From the NCBI GenBank assembly GCA_910586475.1, contig CAJUHM010000004.1, positions 1,277 to 65,276 on the forward strand: a stretch of 64,000 bases of DNA, read 5' to 3'. The position numbers were made by a program, and so were the translations under genes. This document shows, piece after piece, positions 17,291-28,635 of the stretch. The notes beneath the pieces are model-generated. The model was given only the letters and a program-made list of their open reading frames with translations, searched no databases and was not told where the DNA came from. Source of the DNA: an uncultured Muribaculaceae bacterium (GTDB taxonomy: Bacteria; Bacteroidota; Bacteroidia; Bacteroidales; Muribaculaceae). The number at the start of each line of letters is the position of its first letter. Within the stretch, counting starts at the first letter, position 1.

Positions 17291-19738
17291 TTACTGTCTG
17301 GTCAGACTGATTCCTTCAGATGTTGCGGCCACGACGAATGTGTCGCCCTTTGCTGTCGGAGTTGAGACCTCACTGTCTGAGTAGCGCACGGTCAGCGGTT
17401 CGCCGGCAAGCGAGCGGATTGTGGCGCTTTTCAGTTTTGAATCCGCAAAATCAATGTCGACTTCAAACGCGCCGCGAGCCAGCAGACCTTTGACAGAACC
17501 TGATTTCCACTGCGGAGGCAGGGCCGGCAGCAGGTGCAGTGTCGCGTTGTTGTGGCTCTGAAGGAGCATTTCTGCGATGCCAGCTGTCCCTCCGAAATTG
17601 CCGTCGATCTGGAACGGCGGATGCTGATCCCAGAGATTATTGCCGGTTCCTTCGCAGAGCAGATTGTGGAAAAGGGTATATGCGTGTGCTCCGTCAAGCA
17701 GACGTGCCCAGTGGTTGAGTTTCCATCCCATGCTCCATCCGGTCGCTTCGTCGCCCCGCTGGTTCAGCGTAGTCATGCATGCCTGTCGAAGGGTCGTATC
17801 AGCCAGTACATTGATCGAGTTTCCGGGATGCAGTCCGAAAAGATGGTTTGTGTGGCGGTGTTTGTCGGTCGGATCGTCGATGTCGTTCCACCACTCCTGG
17901 AGTTGCCCGTGAGTTCCGATACGGTAGGGGGGCAGGCTGTCGAGACGTGAGCTCCACTCTGCTACCGATTCCTGATCGAGACCAAGCGTGTTGGCAGCTG
18001 CTATTGCGTCGGAAAGGATCTGTCGTGTTACAGCGATCGCGTAGGTCGATCCGAGATCGGCTGTGCCATGCTCGGGGGAATACGACGGGCTGACTGTGAG
18101 CATCCCCTCGGCGGGCGAAAGAATATCTGTGGCAAAATAGGCGCTCTCCTTAATGATCGGATAGCCGATGTCGGCAAGCCAGTTGCGGTCGCGGGTGAAG
18201 AGGTAGTAATCCCACAGCTGGGTGGCAAGCCACGGACCGGCTGAAGGGTTGTAGTTCCAGTTCATAGACGACGAGTTCAGCGGGGCTGTAAAGCCGAACG
18301 GGTTTCCCGATATTGCCGCAGTCCAGCCTCTTGCGCCGTAATATTTCTTTGCGGTCTCGCGGCCCGGTTCGACGACCGTGCGAACATAGTCTGTCAGTGG
18401 CTGAAAACATTCGGTCAAATTCGTATTTGTCGCCGGCCAGTAGTTCATCTGGAGGTTTATATTATTGTGGTAGTCCACTCGCCACGGTCCGTCGACGTTG
18501 TTGTGCCATAATCCCTGAAGGTTGGCTGGAAGGTTGCCTGGACGTGATGATGCGATGAGCAGGTAGCGGCCGAAATCGAAATACAACTCTTCGAGTCCGT
18601 AATCCTCAGATCCGTTCCGATAATTTTCCAGGCGTCTGGGGGTCGGATCGGACGAACGCTCTGACTCGGGATTGATCGAAAGATCCACACGCTTGTATAA
18701 TTGCGCGTAGTCGGTATAGTGACGCTTCTTGAGATCTGCAAATGAGCGCTTTGCCGCGGCGTAGGCGCGGGCGGTTGCGACGGGTACCGGATCATTGCCC
18801 GTGTAGGTCCGGGGATCGGTCATGTCGGGATGGAAGTTCATCCTGTAGTCAGTTGCTGCGGTGACAATGAATTCCGCCACAGGAGCGTTGCTGACGGTGA
18901 TAGTCGCGTTTTTCGGATCGGCAGCTGTCTTTCCGCCGTCGGGAGTCCTTGCAATAATGCATAGGCTCCACTTCATTCCGTTTTCAAGCTCGCCGGAAAA
19001 AATCAGGCCTTTTGATCCTGCCGAGGTCTTCCTGACGGATGAAACAGCGTGGGGTGAATCGAATGAAAGCGTAACAGGAAACGGTTTCTTGCCCGACGAA
19101 GTGATGCGCCAGATCTGGGCACTGTCGGGATAAGAGGCGAAAAACTCGCGGCGGATGTGGCGTCCGTCGGCATCGAATTCGACTGTCGCGACTGCGCTGT
19201 CGACCATAAGAGCACGGGCGTAGTCGCTTATTCCGGATTCATCTATCGGCGAAGTGAGATAGACTTCGCCCAGTTCAGTGAAACATCCGAAACGCTTGCG
19301 GTCGTAGTCGATTTTGCCGCTGAAGCTTCGTCCGGTTATTTTGTCGGCCTCATGGTTATGGCCTGCAAGAAGCAGTGTGCGGATAGTGTCGAGTGTGGCA
19401 GGGGAGACCTCGCGGTTCATGTCCCAGTATTCGGTCACATCTGTGCCCGGGCCACCGGTCCATAGAGACTTTTCGTTAAGCACAATTCGTTCGCGTCCTA
19501 CCGATCCAAGCACCGTCGCTCCGAAACTGCCGTTGCCGACAGGCAGACCGAAGGATTCCCATTCCGGATCGGGATTGGAGATGGCTGCTGAAAAATCGTT
19601 GATGAGCCATGGGGCCACGCTCTGTGATGATGTCGGGGTGTCGAACCAGACGGAACGGAGTTTGTCGCTGTCGCTGAGTGCGAAGAGATTAAAAGAGGCT
19701 GCGGACAGGATCGCCGCGGTCAGGATTCTGTTTCTCAT
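17291..19738 (-). CDS. Alpha-L-fucosidase (GH95)
   Basis: [51 protein letters not shown]. Confidence 0.93.
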   Translation of the reverse strand: MRNRILTAAILSAASFNLFALSDSDKLRSVWFDTPTSSQSVAPWLINDFSAAISNPDPEWESFGLPVGNGSFGATVLGSVGRERIVLNEKSLWTGGPGTDVTEYWDMNREVSPATLDTIRTLLLAGHNHEADKITGRSFSGKIDYDRKRFGCFTELGEVYLTSPIDESGISDYARALMVDSAVATVEFDADGRHIRREFFASYPDSAQIWRITSSGKKPFPVTLSFDSPHAVSSVRKTSAGSKGLIFSGELENGMKWSLCIIARTPDGGKTAADPKNATITVSNAPVAEFIVTAATDYRMNFHPDMTDPRTYTGNDPVPVATARAYAAAKRSFADLKKRHYTDYAQLYKRVDLSINPESERSSDPTPRRLENYRNGSEDYGLEELYFDFGRYLLIASSRPGNLPANLQGLWHNNVDGPWRVDYHNNINLQMNYWPATNTNLTECFQPLTDYVRTVVEPGRETAKKYYGARGWTAAISGNPFGFTAPLNSSSMNWNYNPSAGPWLATQLWDYYLFTRDRNWLADIGYPIIKESAYFATDILSPAEGMLTVSPSYSPEHGTADLGSTYAIAVTRQILSDAIAAANTLGLDQESVAEWSSRLDSLPPYRIGTHGQLQEWWNDIDDPTDKHRHTNHLFGLHPGNSINVLADTTLRQACMTTLNQRGDEATGWSMGWKLNHWARLLDGAHAYTLFHNLLCEGTGNNLWDQHPPFQIDGNFGGTAGIAEMLLQSHNNATLHLLPALPPQWKSGSVKGLLARGAFEVDIDFADSKLKSATIRSLAGEPLTVRYSDSEVSTPTAKGDTFVVAATSEGISLTRQ

Positions 19739-19775
19739 GAATCAGTCGTTAAGTGTGCTTAAGTGAAAAGTCTGA

Positions 19776-20393
19776 TTAGTATGATTGTGTTTCCGGAGAA
19801 CTCATTTCGATGAAGTCCCCGTCGGTTATCTTTCTGATTTCTCGGGCCGGATTGCCGGCTGCAAGAGTCATTTCGGGGACGGACTTCGTCACAACGCTTC
19901 CGGCTGCGATGACCGCGCCGCGGCCTATCTCCACTCCCGGAAGGATCGTGACATTTCCGCAGATCCAGACATCATCGCCGATCGAGACCGGAGAGGCCTT
20001 CATGATTCCGGCAGCCCGCTGTTCGGGAAGGAGAGCATGCGTGATCGTGAAGATGCTGACATTCGGTCCGATGAAAACGCGGTTGCCGATTCGGACCTTA
20101 GCCTCGTCGAGGATCGTCAGCCCGTAGTTGGCGATCAGGTTGTCGCCGATAGCGATGTTGAACCCGAAGTCGCATCGAAACGGGCTGTGGACAAGAGGGC
20201 GGCATCCGGCCTCTCCGCAGATTTCGCGCAGAAGCCGCTCGCGCTCCGATCTGTTGTCTGGTGCGATCTGGTTAAATCTGTGGCATTTTGATTCGGTGTC
20301 GGTGAGCAGACGGCCTATTTCTTCTGATATGCCGTAGACCCATTCGCCATTTTCAAGGCTGTTGAGCAATTGTCGGGCTGTCGGTTGAGACAT
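19776..20393 (-). CDS. Sugar O-acetyltransferase (maltose/galactoside type)
   Basis: [10 protein letters not shown], hexapeptide repeats, [13 protein letters not shown]. Confidence 0.9.
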   Translation of the reverse strand: MSQPTARQLLNSLENGEWVYGISEEIGRLLTDTESKCHRFNQIAPDNRSERERLLREICGEAGCRPLVHSPFRCDFGFNIAIGDNLIANYGLTILDEAKVRIGNRVFIGPNVSIFTITHALLPEQRAAGIMKASPVSIGDDVWICGNVTILPGVEIGRGAVIAAGSVVTKSVPEMTLAAGNPAREIRKITDGDFIEMSSPETQSY

Positions 20394-20714
20394 ATTGAAT
20401 TACTTTGGATTGGTCCTTCGTTTTTGCAAATGTACGCAAAATATTCGATGAAAAAAATAGCGCGTGTCGGCGGGATCGGCTGAAGGAAATTTCAGTTGTG
20501 TCCCGATGAGCTGTTCCAAAGCTGGGATTCCATTAAGATTCATTGGATGAATCCATCGCTGTGACAACTATTTTTAGAGTTAATTCGTTGCGTATTAACA
20601 GAGATTTTTGTAACTTCGCAGCGATTAAGATGCTGGCCCTAATCCTTAGTTGTGCCGCTCTTGAATCCAACAGATTAAGGAAAAACCATTTCCAAATTAT
20701 AGATTTCTAGACTT

Positions 20715-23700
20715 ATGAGTAAAGAAAAAAAATTCTTGACTTGTGATGGCAACCAGGCCGCAGCGCATATTTCATATATGTTCTCGGAAGTGGCCGCCAT
20801 CTATCCCATTACGCCTTCATCAACAATGGCAGAATATGTTGATGACTGGGCTGCAGCCGGCCGTAAGAACATTTTCGGCGAAACGGTTCTTGTCCAGGAA
20901 ATGCAATCCGAAGGTGGTGCTGCCGGTGCTGTCCACGGTTCTCTTCAGGCAGGTGCGCTGACAACAACCTATACAGCTTCACAGGGCTTGTTGCTGATGA
21001 TTCCCAATATGTACAAGATCGCAGGCGAATTGCTGCCCTGCGTTTTCCATGTTTCGGCTCGTACACTTGCTTCTCACGCCCTCAGTATTTTCGGTGACCA
21101 TCAGGACGTGATGGCCTGCCGTCAGACAGGCTTCGCCATGCTCGCTGAAGGTTCTGTTCAGGAAGTCATGGACCTCGCCGGTGTGGCTCACCTCGCAACA
21201 ATCAAATCGCGCGTTCCTTTCCTCAACTTCTTCGACGGATTCCGTACATCCCACGAAATTCAGAAAATCGAAGTTGTTGAACAGGACGACCTCCTTCCCC
21301 TGCTCGACCGCGAAGCTCTTGCCGACTTCCGCGCACGCGCCCTCAATCCCGATGCTCCTGTAGCTCGAGGAATGGCTGAGAACGGCGACGTTTTCTTCCA
21401 GCACCGCGAAGCCAGCAACCCCTACTACGAAGCTGTTCCGGAAATCGTTGAGCAGTACATGGCTGAAATTTCAAAAATTACTGGCCGCGAATATCATCTC
21501 TTCAACTACTATGGCGATCCCGAAGCTGAACGCGTGATCATCGCAATGGGTTCTGTGACTCAGGCTGCTCAGGAAGCCATCGACTATCTCCGTTCGAAAG
21601 GTGAGAAAGTCGGTATGGTTTCAGTTCACCTCTATCGTCCCTTCTCGGCAAAACATTTCCTCGGCGCAGTGCCCAAGACAGCCAAACGCATCGCTGTCCT
21701 CGACCGCACAAAAGAGCCTGGAGCAAATGGCGAACCTCTTTATCTCGATGTCGCTCAGTGCTTCTACGGCCAGCCCGGAGCTCCGGAAATCGTTTCCGGC
21801 CGCTACGGTCTCGCTTCGAAAGACACGACTCCCGCGCAGATCATCTCTGTATTTGAGAATCTCGCTCTTCCCCAGCCTAAAACCGGATTCACTGTGGGTA
21901 TCATCGACGATGTCACCTTCACTTCTCTTCCCCCGGTTGAAGAAATCGCGCTTAGCGGCAAATCGACCTACGAAGCTAAGTTCTATGGTCTCGGTGCAGA
22001 CGGTACGGTAGGTGCCAACAAGAACTCTGTGAAGATCATCGGCGAAAACACTCCGAAGTATTGCCAGGCCTACTTCGCCTATGACTCGAAGAAGTCCGGC
22101 GGTTTCACCTGCTCTCACTTGCGTTTCGGTGACGATCCGATCCGCTCGACATACCTCGTGACAACTCCCAACTTCGTTGCTTGCCACGTACAGGCCTACC
22201 TCCACATGTACGACGTGACTCGCGGTCTCCGCGACGGCGGCACATTCCTTCTCAACACAATCTGGGAAGGTGAAGAACTCGCCAAGAATCTTCCCAACAA
22301 GGTGAAGAAATACTTCGCAGACCACAATATCACCGTATATTATATCAACGCGACCAAGATCGCACGCGAAATCGGTCTCGGTAACCGTACGAACACAATT
22401 CTTCAGAGCGCATTCTTCCGCATCACTGAAGTCATCCCCGTTGACCTTGCTGTTGAGCAGATGAAGAAATTCATCGTCAAGAGCTACGGCAAGAAGGGAC
22501 AGGACATCGTCGACAAGAACTATGCGGCTGTTGACCGTGGCGGCGAATACAAGCAGCTCGCTGTTGATCCCGCGTGGAGCAACCTTGGCGAAGATGCTGT
22601 TGCCGCAAACAACGATCCTGCGTTCATCAACGACGTCGTTCGTCCGATCAATGCTCAGGATGGCGATCTCCTGAAGGTTTCTGCATTCAAGGGTATTGAA
22701 GACGGAACATGGCAGCAGGGCACTGCAGCTTATGAAAAGCGTGGTGTTGCGGCTTTCGTTCCCGAATGGCTCGAAGAAAACTGTATCCAGTGTAACAAGT
22801 GTGCCTATGTATGCCCCCACGCCGCTATCCGTCCGTTCGTCCTCGACGAAAAGGAAATGGAAGGCGCTCCTATGTGCGAAGCTGATACACTTCCCGCTAT
22901 CGGCCGCACATTCACCGGCATGCGCTTCATTCAGTCTGTCGACGTTCTCGACTGTCTCGGCTGCGGCAACTGTGTTGATGTCTGCCCCGGCAAGAAGGGC
23001 GTGAAGGCTCTTGAAATGAAGCCGCTCGAAACTCAACTCGACGCTCAGGCCGAATGGGACTACTGCGTTAAGGAAGTTGCTTCCAAGCAGGATCTCGTTG
23101 ACATTAAGGCCAACGTCAAGAACAGCCAGTTTGCTACTCCGCTCTTCGAGTTCTCCGGAGCTTGCTCAGGCTGTGGTGAAACTCCCTACGTGAAACTTAT
23201 CAGCCAGCTCTACGGTGACCATGAAATGGTGGCCAATGCAACCGGTTGCTCATCGATCTACTCTGGTTCTGTTCCCTCGACTCCCTACACAGTCAATGCC
23301 AAGGGCCACGGTCCTGCATGGGGCAACTCTCTCTTTGAAGACTTCTGCGAATTCGGTCTCGGTATGTTCATCGCCAACGAAAAACTCCGCATGCGTCTTG
23401 AAGAGAAACTCACTCAGACTCTGACCTGCGACTGCTGCTCTGACGAAATCAAGGCACTCTCTCAGAAGTGGCTCGACAACAAAGAAGACGCTGCCATCAC
23501 ACGCGAAGTGGCCGACCAGCTCGTTCCCCTCTGCGAAGCTTGCTCATGCGACCTCTGCAAGACAATTCTTGAGCTCCAGCACTACATCGTGAAACGTTCT
23601 CAGTGGATCATCGGTGGCGACGGCGCAAGCTACGACATCGGCTTCGGCGGTCTCGACCACGTGCTCGCTTCCGGCAAGAATGTCAACATCCTTGTCCTTG

Positions 23701-24284
23701 ATACTGAGGTGTACTCCAACACCGGTGGTCAGGCTTCGAAGGCAACTCCCATCGGCGCTATCGCCAAATTTGCCGCAGCCGGCAAGCGTGTCCGCAAGAA
23801 AGACCTCGGTCTGATTGCCTCGACCTATGGCTACGTATATGCCGCTCAGGTGGCAATGGGTGCCGACCAGGCTCAGACGCTCAAGGCAATCCGCGAAGCG
23901 GAAGCCTACGACGGTCCTTCGATCATCATCGCCTACGCTCCCTGTATCAACCACGGTATCAAGGCCGGTATGGGCAAAGCCCAGCAGGAAGAAGCCAACG
24001 CTGTCGCTTGCGGCTACTGGCACCTCTGGCGCTACAACCCCGCTCTCGAAGAAGAAGGCAAGAACCCCTTCACTCTCGACAGCAAAGAACCCAACTGGGA
24101 TGAATTCGAAAACTTCCTCAAGGGTGAAGTGCGCTACGCTTCTGTGGTGAAACAGTATCCTCAGGAAGCTGCCGAACTCTTCGCAGCTGCAAAAGCCAAC
24201 GCACAGTGGCGCTACAACAACTATCGCCGTCTGGCCCAGCAGCAGTGGGGCGTTGATCCCGAAGTGGGCAATCTCCCCAAATAA
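20715..24284 (+). CDS. nifJ: Pyruvate:ferredoxin (flavodoxin) oxidoreductase
   Basis: YPITPS, GLGADGTVG, two CxxCxxCxxxCP motifs, ACSGCGE, GGDG TPP motif, YSNTGGQ. Confidence 0.97.
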   Translation: MSKEKKFLTCDGNQAAAHISYMFSEVAAIYPITPSSTMAEYVDDWAAAGRKNIFGETVLVQEMQSEGGAAGAVHGSLQAGALTTTYTASQGLLLMIPNMYKIAGELLPCVFHVSARTLASHALSIFGDHQDVMACRQTGFAMLAEGSVQEVMDLAGVAHLATIKSRVPFLNFFDGFRTSHEIQKIEVVEQDDLLPLLDREALADFRARALNPDAPVARGMAENGDVFFQHREASNPYYEAVPEIVEQYMAEISKITGREYHLFNYYGDPEAERVIIAMGSVTQAAQEAIDYLRSKGEKVGMVSVHLYRPFSAKHFLGAVPKTAKRIAVLDRTKEPGANGEPLYLDVAQCFYGQPGAPEIVSGRYGLASKDTTPAQIISVFENLALPQPKTGFTVGIIDDVTFTSLPPVEEIALSGKSTYEAKFYGLGADGTVGANKNSVKIIGENTPKYCQAYFAYDSKKSGGFTCSHLRFGDDPIRSTYLVTTPNFVACHVQAYLHMYDVTRGLRDGGTFLLNTIWEGEELAKNLPNKVKKYFADHNITVYYINATKIAREIGLGNRTNTILQSAFFRITEVIPVDLAVEQMKKFIVKSYGKKGQDIVDKNYAAVDRGGEYKQLAVDPAWSNLGEDAVAANNDPAFINDVVRPINAQDGDLLKVSAFKGIEDGTWQQGTAAYEKRGVAAFVPEWLEENCIQCNKCAYVCPHAAIRPFVLDEKEMEGAPMCEADTLPAIGRTFTGMRFIQSVDVLDCLGCGNCVDVCPGKKGVKALEMKPLETQLDAQAEWDYCVKEVASKQDLVDIKANVKNSQFATPLFEFSGACSGCGETPYVKLISQLYGDHEMVANATGCSSIYSGSVPSTPYTVNAKGHGPAWGNSLFEDFCEFGLGMFIANEKLRMRLEEKLTQTLTCDCCSDEIKALSQKWLDNKEDAAITREVADQLVPLCEACSCDLCKTILELQHYIVKRSQWIIGGDGASYDIGFGGLDHVLASGKNVNILVLDTEVYSNTGGQASKATPIGAIAKFAAAGKRVRKKDLGLIASTYGYVYAAQVAMGADQAQTLKAIREAEAYDGPSIIIAYAPCINHGIKAGMGKAQQEEANAVACGYWHLWRYNPALEEEGKNPFTLDSKEPNWDEFENFLKGEVRYASVVKQYPQEAAELFAAAKANAQWRYNNYRRLAQQQWGVDPEVGNLPK

Positions 24285-24314
24285 ACTCCGACTGAATAAG
24301 TCAACAGAATAATT

Positions 24315-24355
24315 AAAAAACAGCACCGTGGTCTGAACCACGGTGCTGTTTTTTT
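24315..24355. terminator. Bidirectional intrinsic terminator
   Basis: A6-CAGCACCGTGGT/ACCACGGTGCTG-T7. Confidence 0.85.
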
Positions 24356-24399
24356 ATTATTCTGAAAAAAAATCAGGAAGAGATGGTGGTAGGCGGGGC

Positions 24400-26388
24400 T
24401 TACTTACGCTTGCGGATGAAAACACCGTGCGGACTTTTTACCGTGATCGATCTGATCGATTCCGGAAGGGTCGACCGGCATTGTTTGACGCCACCATTCT
24501 CCATGTCGATGTCGGCGCCTGCAAAGCCGAATACAAGTGACTGCAGGAGGCCTCCCGCACCCGTTACGAAGTAGACATGGTCGTTGCCCGACGATTCCGA
24601 CAGATTGTGAAACGGCCCGCGTAGGTTCGGTTCGTAGGCGCGTCCGACAAGCCGTGAGGCTCTTTCGCCTTTGCCCATGCGTGCATAATTGACGGCCATA
24701 GCCGAATGGCTCATGGCCGGCCCGTTGACAGAGTCTATTTTTGAGTCATAGTAGGTCAGGTTGCGCTCGATCTCGTCGGGAGTCCTGAACAGATGGAGCG
24801 GATATGCGAGCAGAGCCACATCGGCCTGTTTGATCTTTTCGCCGGCATATCCTTCATATTCCGCTACAATATCTGTCCCCGTGATGAAGTGAAACCGGAT
24901 GTTTTTCTCCAGGTCCTCCCATTGAGGATCTGCTTTCAGCCCAAGCAGCCGGGCTGCACGTCCGGCATATTCAAGCGAACGCTTCACCGCAGCGTTGGTA
25001 AAGGCATTATCGCTAACTCCGATAGCATACTCGTCGGCACCGACCACAGCCTTGATGCTGTAGAGTCCGTCGCTTCCTTTCTCCGCTCGGCTTACCCAGA
25101 AATCGGCGCAGTCTTTCAGCAGAGGCCACGCCTTGTCTCGAAGCCAGTCGATGTCGCCAGTCGCGCAGTAGTAGAGCCACACACCGTTTGCAATATCGGC
25201 CGTGACGTGATGTTCCAGCGGTCCGGTAAGTGCGAACGTCGGTGTTGATTCCTCGCCCAGATCGTCGCTTTCCCATGGAAACATTGCGCCCCTGAATCCG
25301 TGGGCCACCGCTCTTTTTCGTGCCTGCGGAAGTGTGGCGATCCGGTAATCGGCCATGTCGCGGGCAATTTCCGGCTGTAGGACTGCCATGACCGGAAGCA
25401 TCCATGTGTCGGCATCCCAGAAGATATGTCCGTAGTAGTGGGCCGACGAGAGTCCCATCGGGGCTATGCTCCTTCCCGAACCGGGGAGTGCCGAAGCATA
25501 GAGATTATAGAGAGCGGCGCGTGTGTGTGCCTGCAGTTCGGGATTGCCGTCGATGACGATGTCGCCCTCCCACAGTCTGTCCCATGCCGCCCTGTGACGG
25601 TCCATGAGGCTTTCCCGTCCGGTCGAAATCGCATAGAGAACCTGGCGTTCGGATTCGTTCCACGGATCGGCGAAATCTGCTGTCGAAATCAGTGAGGAGA
25701 CGATCCACAGCTCAGCCTCCTGCCCCTTTTTCAGCGTGATCGTAAGCGAATCGGCTGAGATTCGGGTCCAGTCTTCTCCTTCCATGCTGATTGAGGCGAC
25801 CATCGCGTCGCGGCCCTGATTGTAGAGACCCTCGGCGCGGAGGAAATGACGCTGTTTGCTGTCGGCGCTGAATTTCCTCTCACTGATCTTATGGTCGGAG
25901 AGCGATCCCGGAATCGACGGGGCATTGCTGACAGCGACCGTGACGTTGTTGTCAGTGGCTTTGACTGTCAGAACGTCGGATGTCACGAATGGCAGTGACC
26001 GGAGATTGACAATCCGGTTAGTCACTTCGAGACCCGGTAGGGCATAGGCGGTTGTTATTTCGCCGCTACGCATGTCGAGACTCTGTCGCCAGTTGTTCTG
26101 CGGGGCCGGTGAACCGTTTGCCGTCACCGAAAGACTGATCGGACCGATTGCCTCGATTATAGAGGAGACCTTAGTGTCGCGACCGCGTCTGACAGCATTG
26201 GCCGAAAACATTCTTGAACTCCGCAGGCCCGAGCGGTCCACGACCGTTCCGAGCTGACCGTTTCCGGAGATCGGCGGAGAGTAATCGGCCAGATCCCCTT
26301 CCGAGGCCGACAGAATCCATTGGTTCTGAGAAAAAGCCGTGCCGGCCAGAAATATGGTCAGCACGGCAAGAAGAGCAATTTTTTTCAC
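24400..26388 (-). CDS. GH65 glycoside hydrolase (alpha-glucoside hydrolase type)
   Basis: Signal peptide; YYGHIFWDAD, GAMFPWES, GADEY, IKQADV, FVTGAGGLLQ. Confidence 0.88.
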   Translation of the reverse strand: MKKIALLAVLTIFLAGTAFSQNQWILSASEGDLADYSPPISGNGQLGTVVDRSGLRSSRMFSANAVRRGRDTKVSSIIEAIGPISLSVTANGSPAPQNNWRQSLDMRSGEITTAYALPGLEVTNRIVNLRSLPFVTSDVLTVKATDNNVTVAVSNAPSIPGSLSDHKISERKFSADSKQRHFLRAEGLYNQGRDAMVASISMEGEDWTRISADSLTITLKKGQEAELWIVSSLISTADFADPWNESERQVLYAISTGRESLMDRHRAAWDRLWEGDIVIDGNPELQAHTRAALYNLYASALPGSGRSIAPMGLSSAHYYGHIFWDADTWMLPVMAVLQPEIARDMADYRIATLPQARKRAVAHGFRGAMFPWESDDLGEESTPTFALTGPLEHHVTADIANGVWLYYCATGDIDWLRDKAWPLLKDCADFWVSRAEKGSDGLYSIKAVVGADEYAIGVSDNAFTNAAVKRSLEYAGRAARLLGLKADPQWEDLEKNIRFHFITGTDIVAEYEGYAGEKIKQADVALLAYPLHLFRTPDEIERNLTYYDSKIDSVNGPAMSHSAMAVNYARMGKGERASRLVGRAYEPNLRGPFHNLSESSGNDHVYFVTGAGGLLQSLVFGFAGADIDMENGGVKQCRSTLPESIRSITVKSPHGVFIRKRK

Positions 26389-28385
26389 TTTACCGGAATA
26401 AACGTGATTGCCTGACCGCTGGTTGCCATCATGTTGATCGGCAGTTCGTCGTCGGCTGTGACTTTTTTCTTTGTGACAGACAGTTTTTCGGGATTGCCCG
26501 AAGCGATGTCGTCGCCATAGATGACAGCCTCATAGGTTGTCCCTTTTTTGAGGAACGACAGCGGAAGAGTCAGCTCGCGCGGCATGCTGTTAGTGCCCGC
26601 TCCGACGAAGAATGATTCGCCCGCACGACGTGCGACAACAATATATTCTCCAATTTCGCCCTGCAGAGCCGACGACCAGTCGCAGTCGGCGTTGAAGTCG
26701 CGGAAGAACTGGAATCCGGGCTGTCCCTCATAGTTTTCGATCTGGTCGGCGGCCATCTGGAGCGGTGAGTAGATGATTACCCAGTTGGCAATCTGGCGTG
26801 CCAGTGTCGTTTTGATGCAGCATTCGCTGTTGGGCCCGTTCCATTCGATTCGTCCTTTGTCGGCTTTCGCACGGCGGTAATTTATGTCAAATATACCGGG
26901 AGTGTAGTCCATCGGACCCGAGAGCAGTCTGACGAAGGGGAGCACGCATAGGTAGTCGGCAGTGTTGCCGGCCGACCAGGCATTCCATTCCATGCCGCGT
27001 GCGCCTTCGCGGGTCATCATGTTGGGCCATGTGCGGCGTATACCGGTTTCCTTGATCGGCTCGTGGGCGTCGATCATTATCTGATAGCGGGCAGCGGTTT
27101 CGACAACCTTCTGATAATGGCGCACGCCATATTGCGAATGGTGGTAGTAGCCACCTTTGAATCCGCCTGCATAACCTGTCTTGACCGTATGGATTCCGAG
27201 AGACTTATAGTAGGCGAAGGCGATGTCAAGAACTGCTTCGAATTCCGGAATGTTGCCTCCGGTCTCGTCGTGGGCCCAGAGTTCGATGTTGTTTTTGCGG
27301 GCATATTCGGAGATCGAGTCGATGTCGAAGTCGGCATATGCTTTAATATAGTCGAAATGCTGGTTGCCGCCCCAGTTTTCCCAACCCTCGTTCCATCCTT
27401 CGAAGAGCACTCCCTGAAGGTTGTTGGCTTTGGCGAAGTCAATATATTTTATGGCGTTCTCTGTGGTTGCCCCGTGGCGCGGTCCCATTGTCCATGTCTG
27501 GGTTCCGAGGTGCATTCCCCACCAGATTCCGACATATTTTTGCGGTTTGATCCAGCTGACGTCAGCGATCTTACAGGGTTCGTTGAGGTTAAGGATCATG
27601 GAGGAGTTGATCAGATCCGTTGCCGAACGTCCGATCTGAATCGTGCGCCAGGGTGTCTTGAACTTCGATCCGACAACGGCTTTTATTCCGTCGGGCATCG
27701 GGGCGAGAGCCGCGCGCAGTGTGCGGACTGCGTCCGAGTCGGCCTTGAGTGTCATTTCAGGGAAGTCGTAGAGGGCCGCTTCATGGATCGAACCGTAGAT
27801 GCTCGTCGAATCTACACGGAACGTGAACGGGGTGTTGGCGTTTTCCACGCTGTCGACCGGCAGTTTGCGGTACTCTTTTTCATATGAATCGAAGTCAGCC
27901 GGAATCGACCACGTTGTCGCGCCGGAGGCAAAGGCAAATTCAGTCAGTTCATCCATGACTGTTATAGAGTCGAGACCCGAAGCGTCCCACTCATATCTGA
28001 AGGCGATTCCGTCGTTGAAAGCTCTGACGCGTATGGTCATGGTCAGTGCAGAATCTGCGAGAGTCATGGCCATCTCCTTGTAGTGATCGCGTAGTTCCTT
28101 GTTTTCACCCCACGGCTGATGCCAGATAGTGTCTGCCTCGTTGAAACTGAGTGAGACAGTCGCGCCGGGCGATAGGTTCAGTCCTTCGGCGTCGAATCCG
28201 AGACGCGACGGACTGATGAGCTGATGCCCGTCTACGCTGACGCTGTAGGTCGTGGCCGAATCGGTATGGTTCAGGCTGACCTCGATTCTTCCGTCAGGAG
28301 ATTTCACGACCGAGTCTTTCTCACCCGAACATCCCGAAGCAAGAACAGCAAACGCTGAAAGCGTGGCGATAAGATTTTTTTTCAT
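26385..28385 (-). CDS. GH97 alpha-glucosidase (SusB-like), lipoprotein
   Basis: Lipobox ASGC; SPDG, WIKPQKYVGIWW, EGWNEGW, EGARGME, GPMDYTPG. Confidence 0.93.
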   Translation of the reverse strand: MKKNLIATLSAFAVLASGCSGEKDSVVKSPDGRIEVSLNHTDSATTYSVSVDGHQLISPSRLGFDAEGLNLSPGATVSLSFNEADTIWHQPWGENKELRDHYKEMAMTLADSALTMTIRVRAFNDGIAFRYEWDASGLDSITVMDELTEFAFASGATTWSIPADFDSYEKEYRKLPVDSVENANTPFTFRVDSTSIYGSIHEAALYDFPEMTLKADSDAVRTLRAALAPMPDGIKAVVGSKFKTPWRTIQIGRSATDLINSSMILNLNEPCKIADVSWIKPQKYVGIWWGMHLGTQTWTMGPRHGATTENAIKYIDFAKANNLQGVLFEGWNEGWENWGGNQHFDYIKAYADFDIDSISEYARKNNIELWAHDETGGNIPEFEAVLDIAFAYYKSLGIHTVKTGYAGGFKGGYYHHSQYGVRHYQKVVETAARYQIMIDAHEPIKETGIRRTWPNMMTREGARGMEWNAWSAGNTADYLCVLPFVRLLSGPMDYTPGIFDINYRRAKADKGRIEWNGPNSECCIKTTLARQIANWVIIYSPLQMAADQIENYEGQPGFQFFRDFNADCDWSSALQGEIGEYIVVARRAGESFFVGAGTNSMPRELTLPLSFLKKGTTYEAVIYGDDIASGNPEKLSVTKKKVTADDELPINMMATSGQAITFIPVK

Positions 28386-28635
28386 GTGGTTGTTAAATAA
28401 GGCGTAAAAGATTAATGTTTATTCTGTGGTAAATATCAATAGGCGTTTTCTAATAATATAATATAAGGAGTCATTTACCTGTGATTCTCTTGCAAATTTA
28501 GTGAAAAAAAATGTGATTTTGAGGTCTCGATCGACCTTTCCGGTTGGCCTGTTGGCTAAAAACACCTGAAAAACTTTGGCGAGTTAGGTTAAAAAGATTA
28601 ACTTTGTGGACTTTTCAACCAATTTTGTAACCATT

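Noticed and set aside
21621..23036. 471-aa minus-strand ORF (also 23544-24341)
   Set aside because: Antisense shadow of the strongly codon-biased PFOR gene; no recognisable motifs
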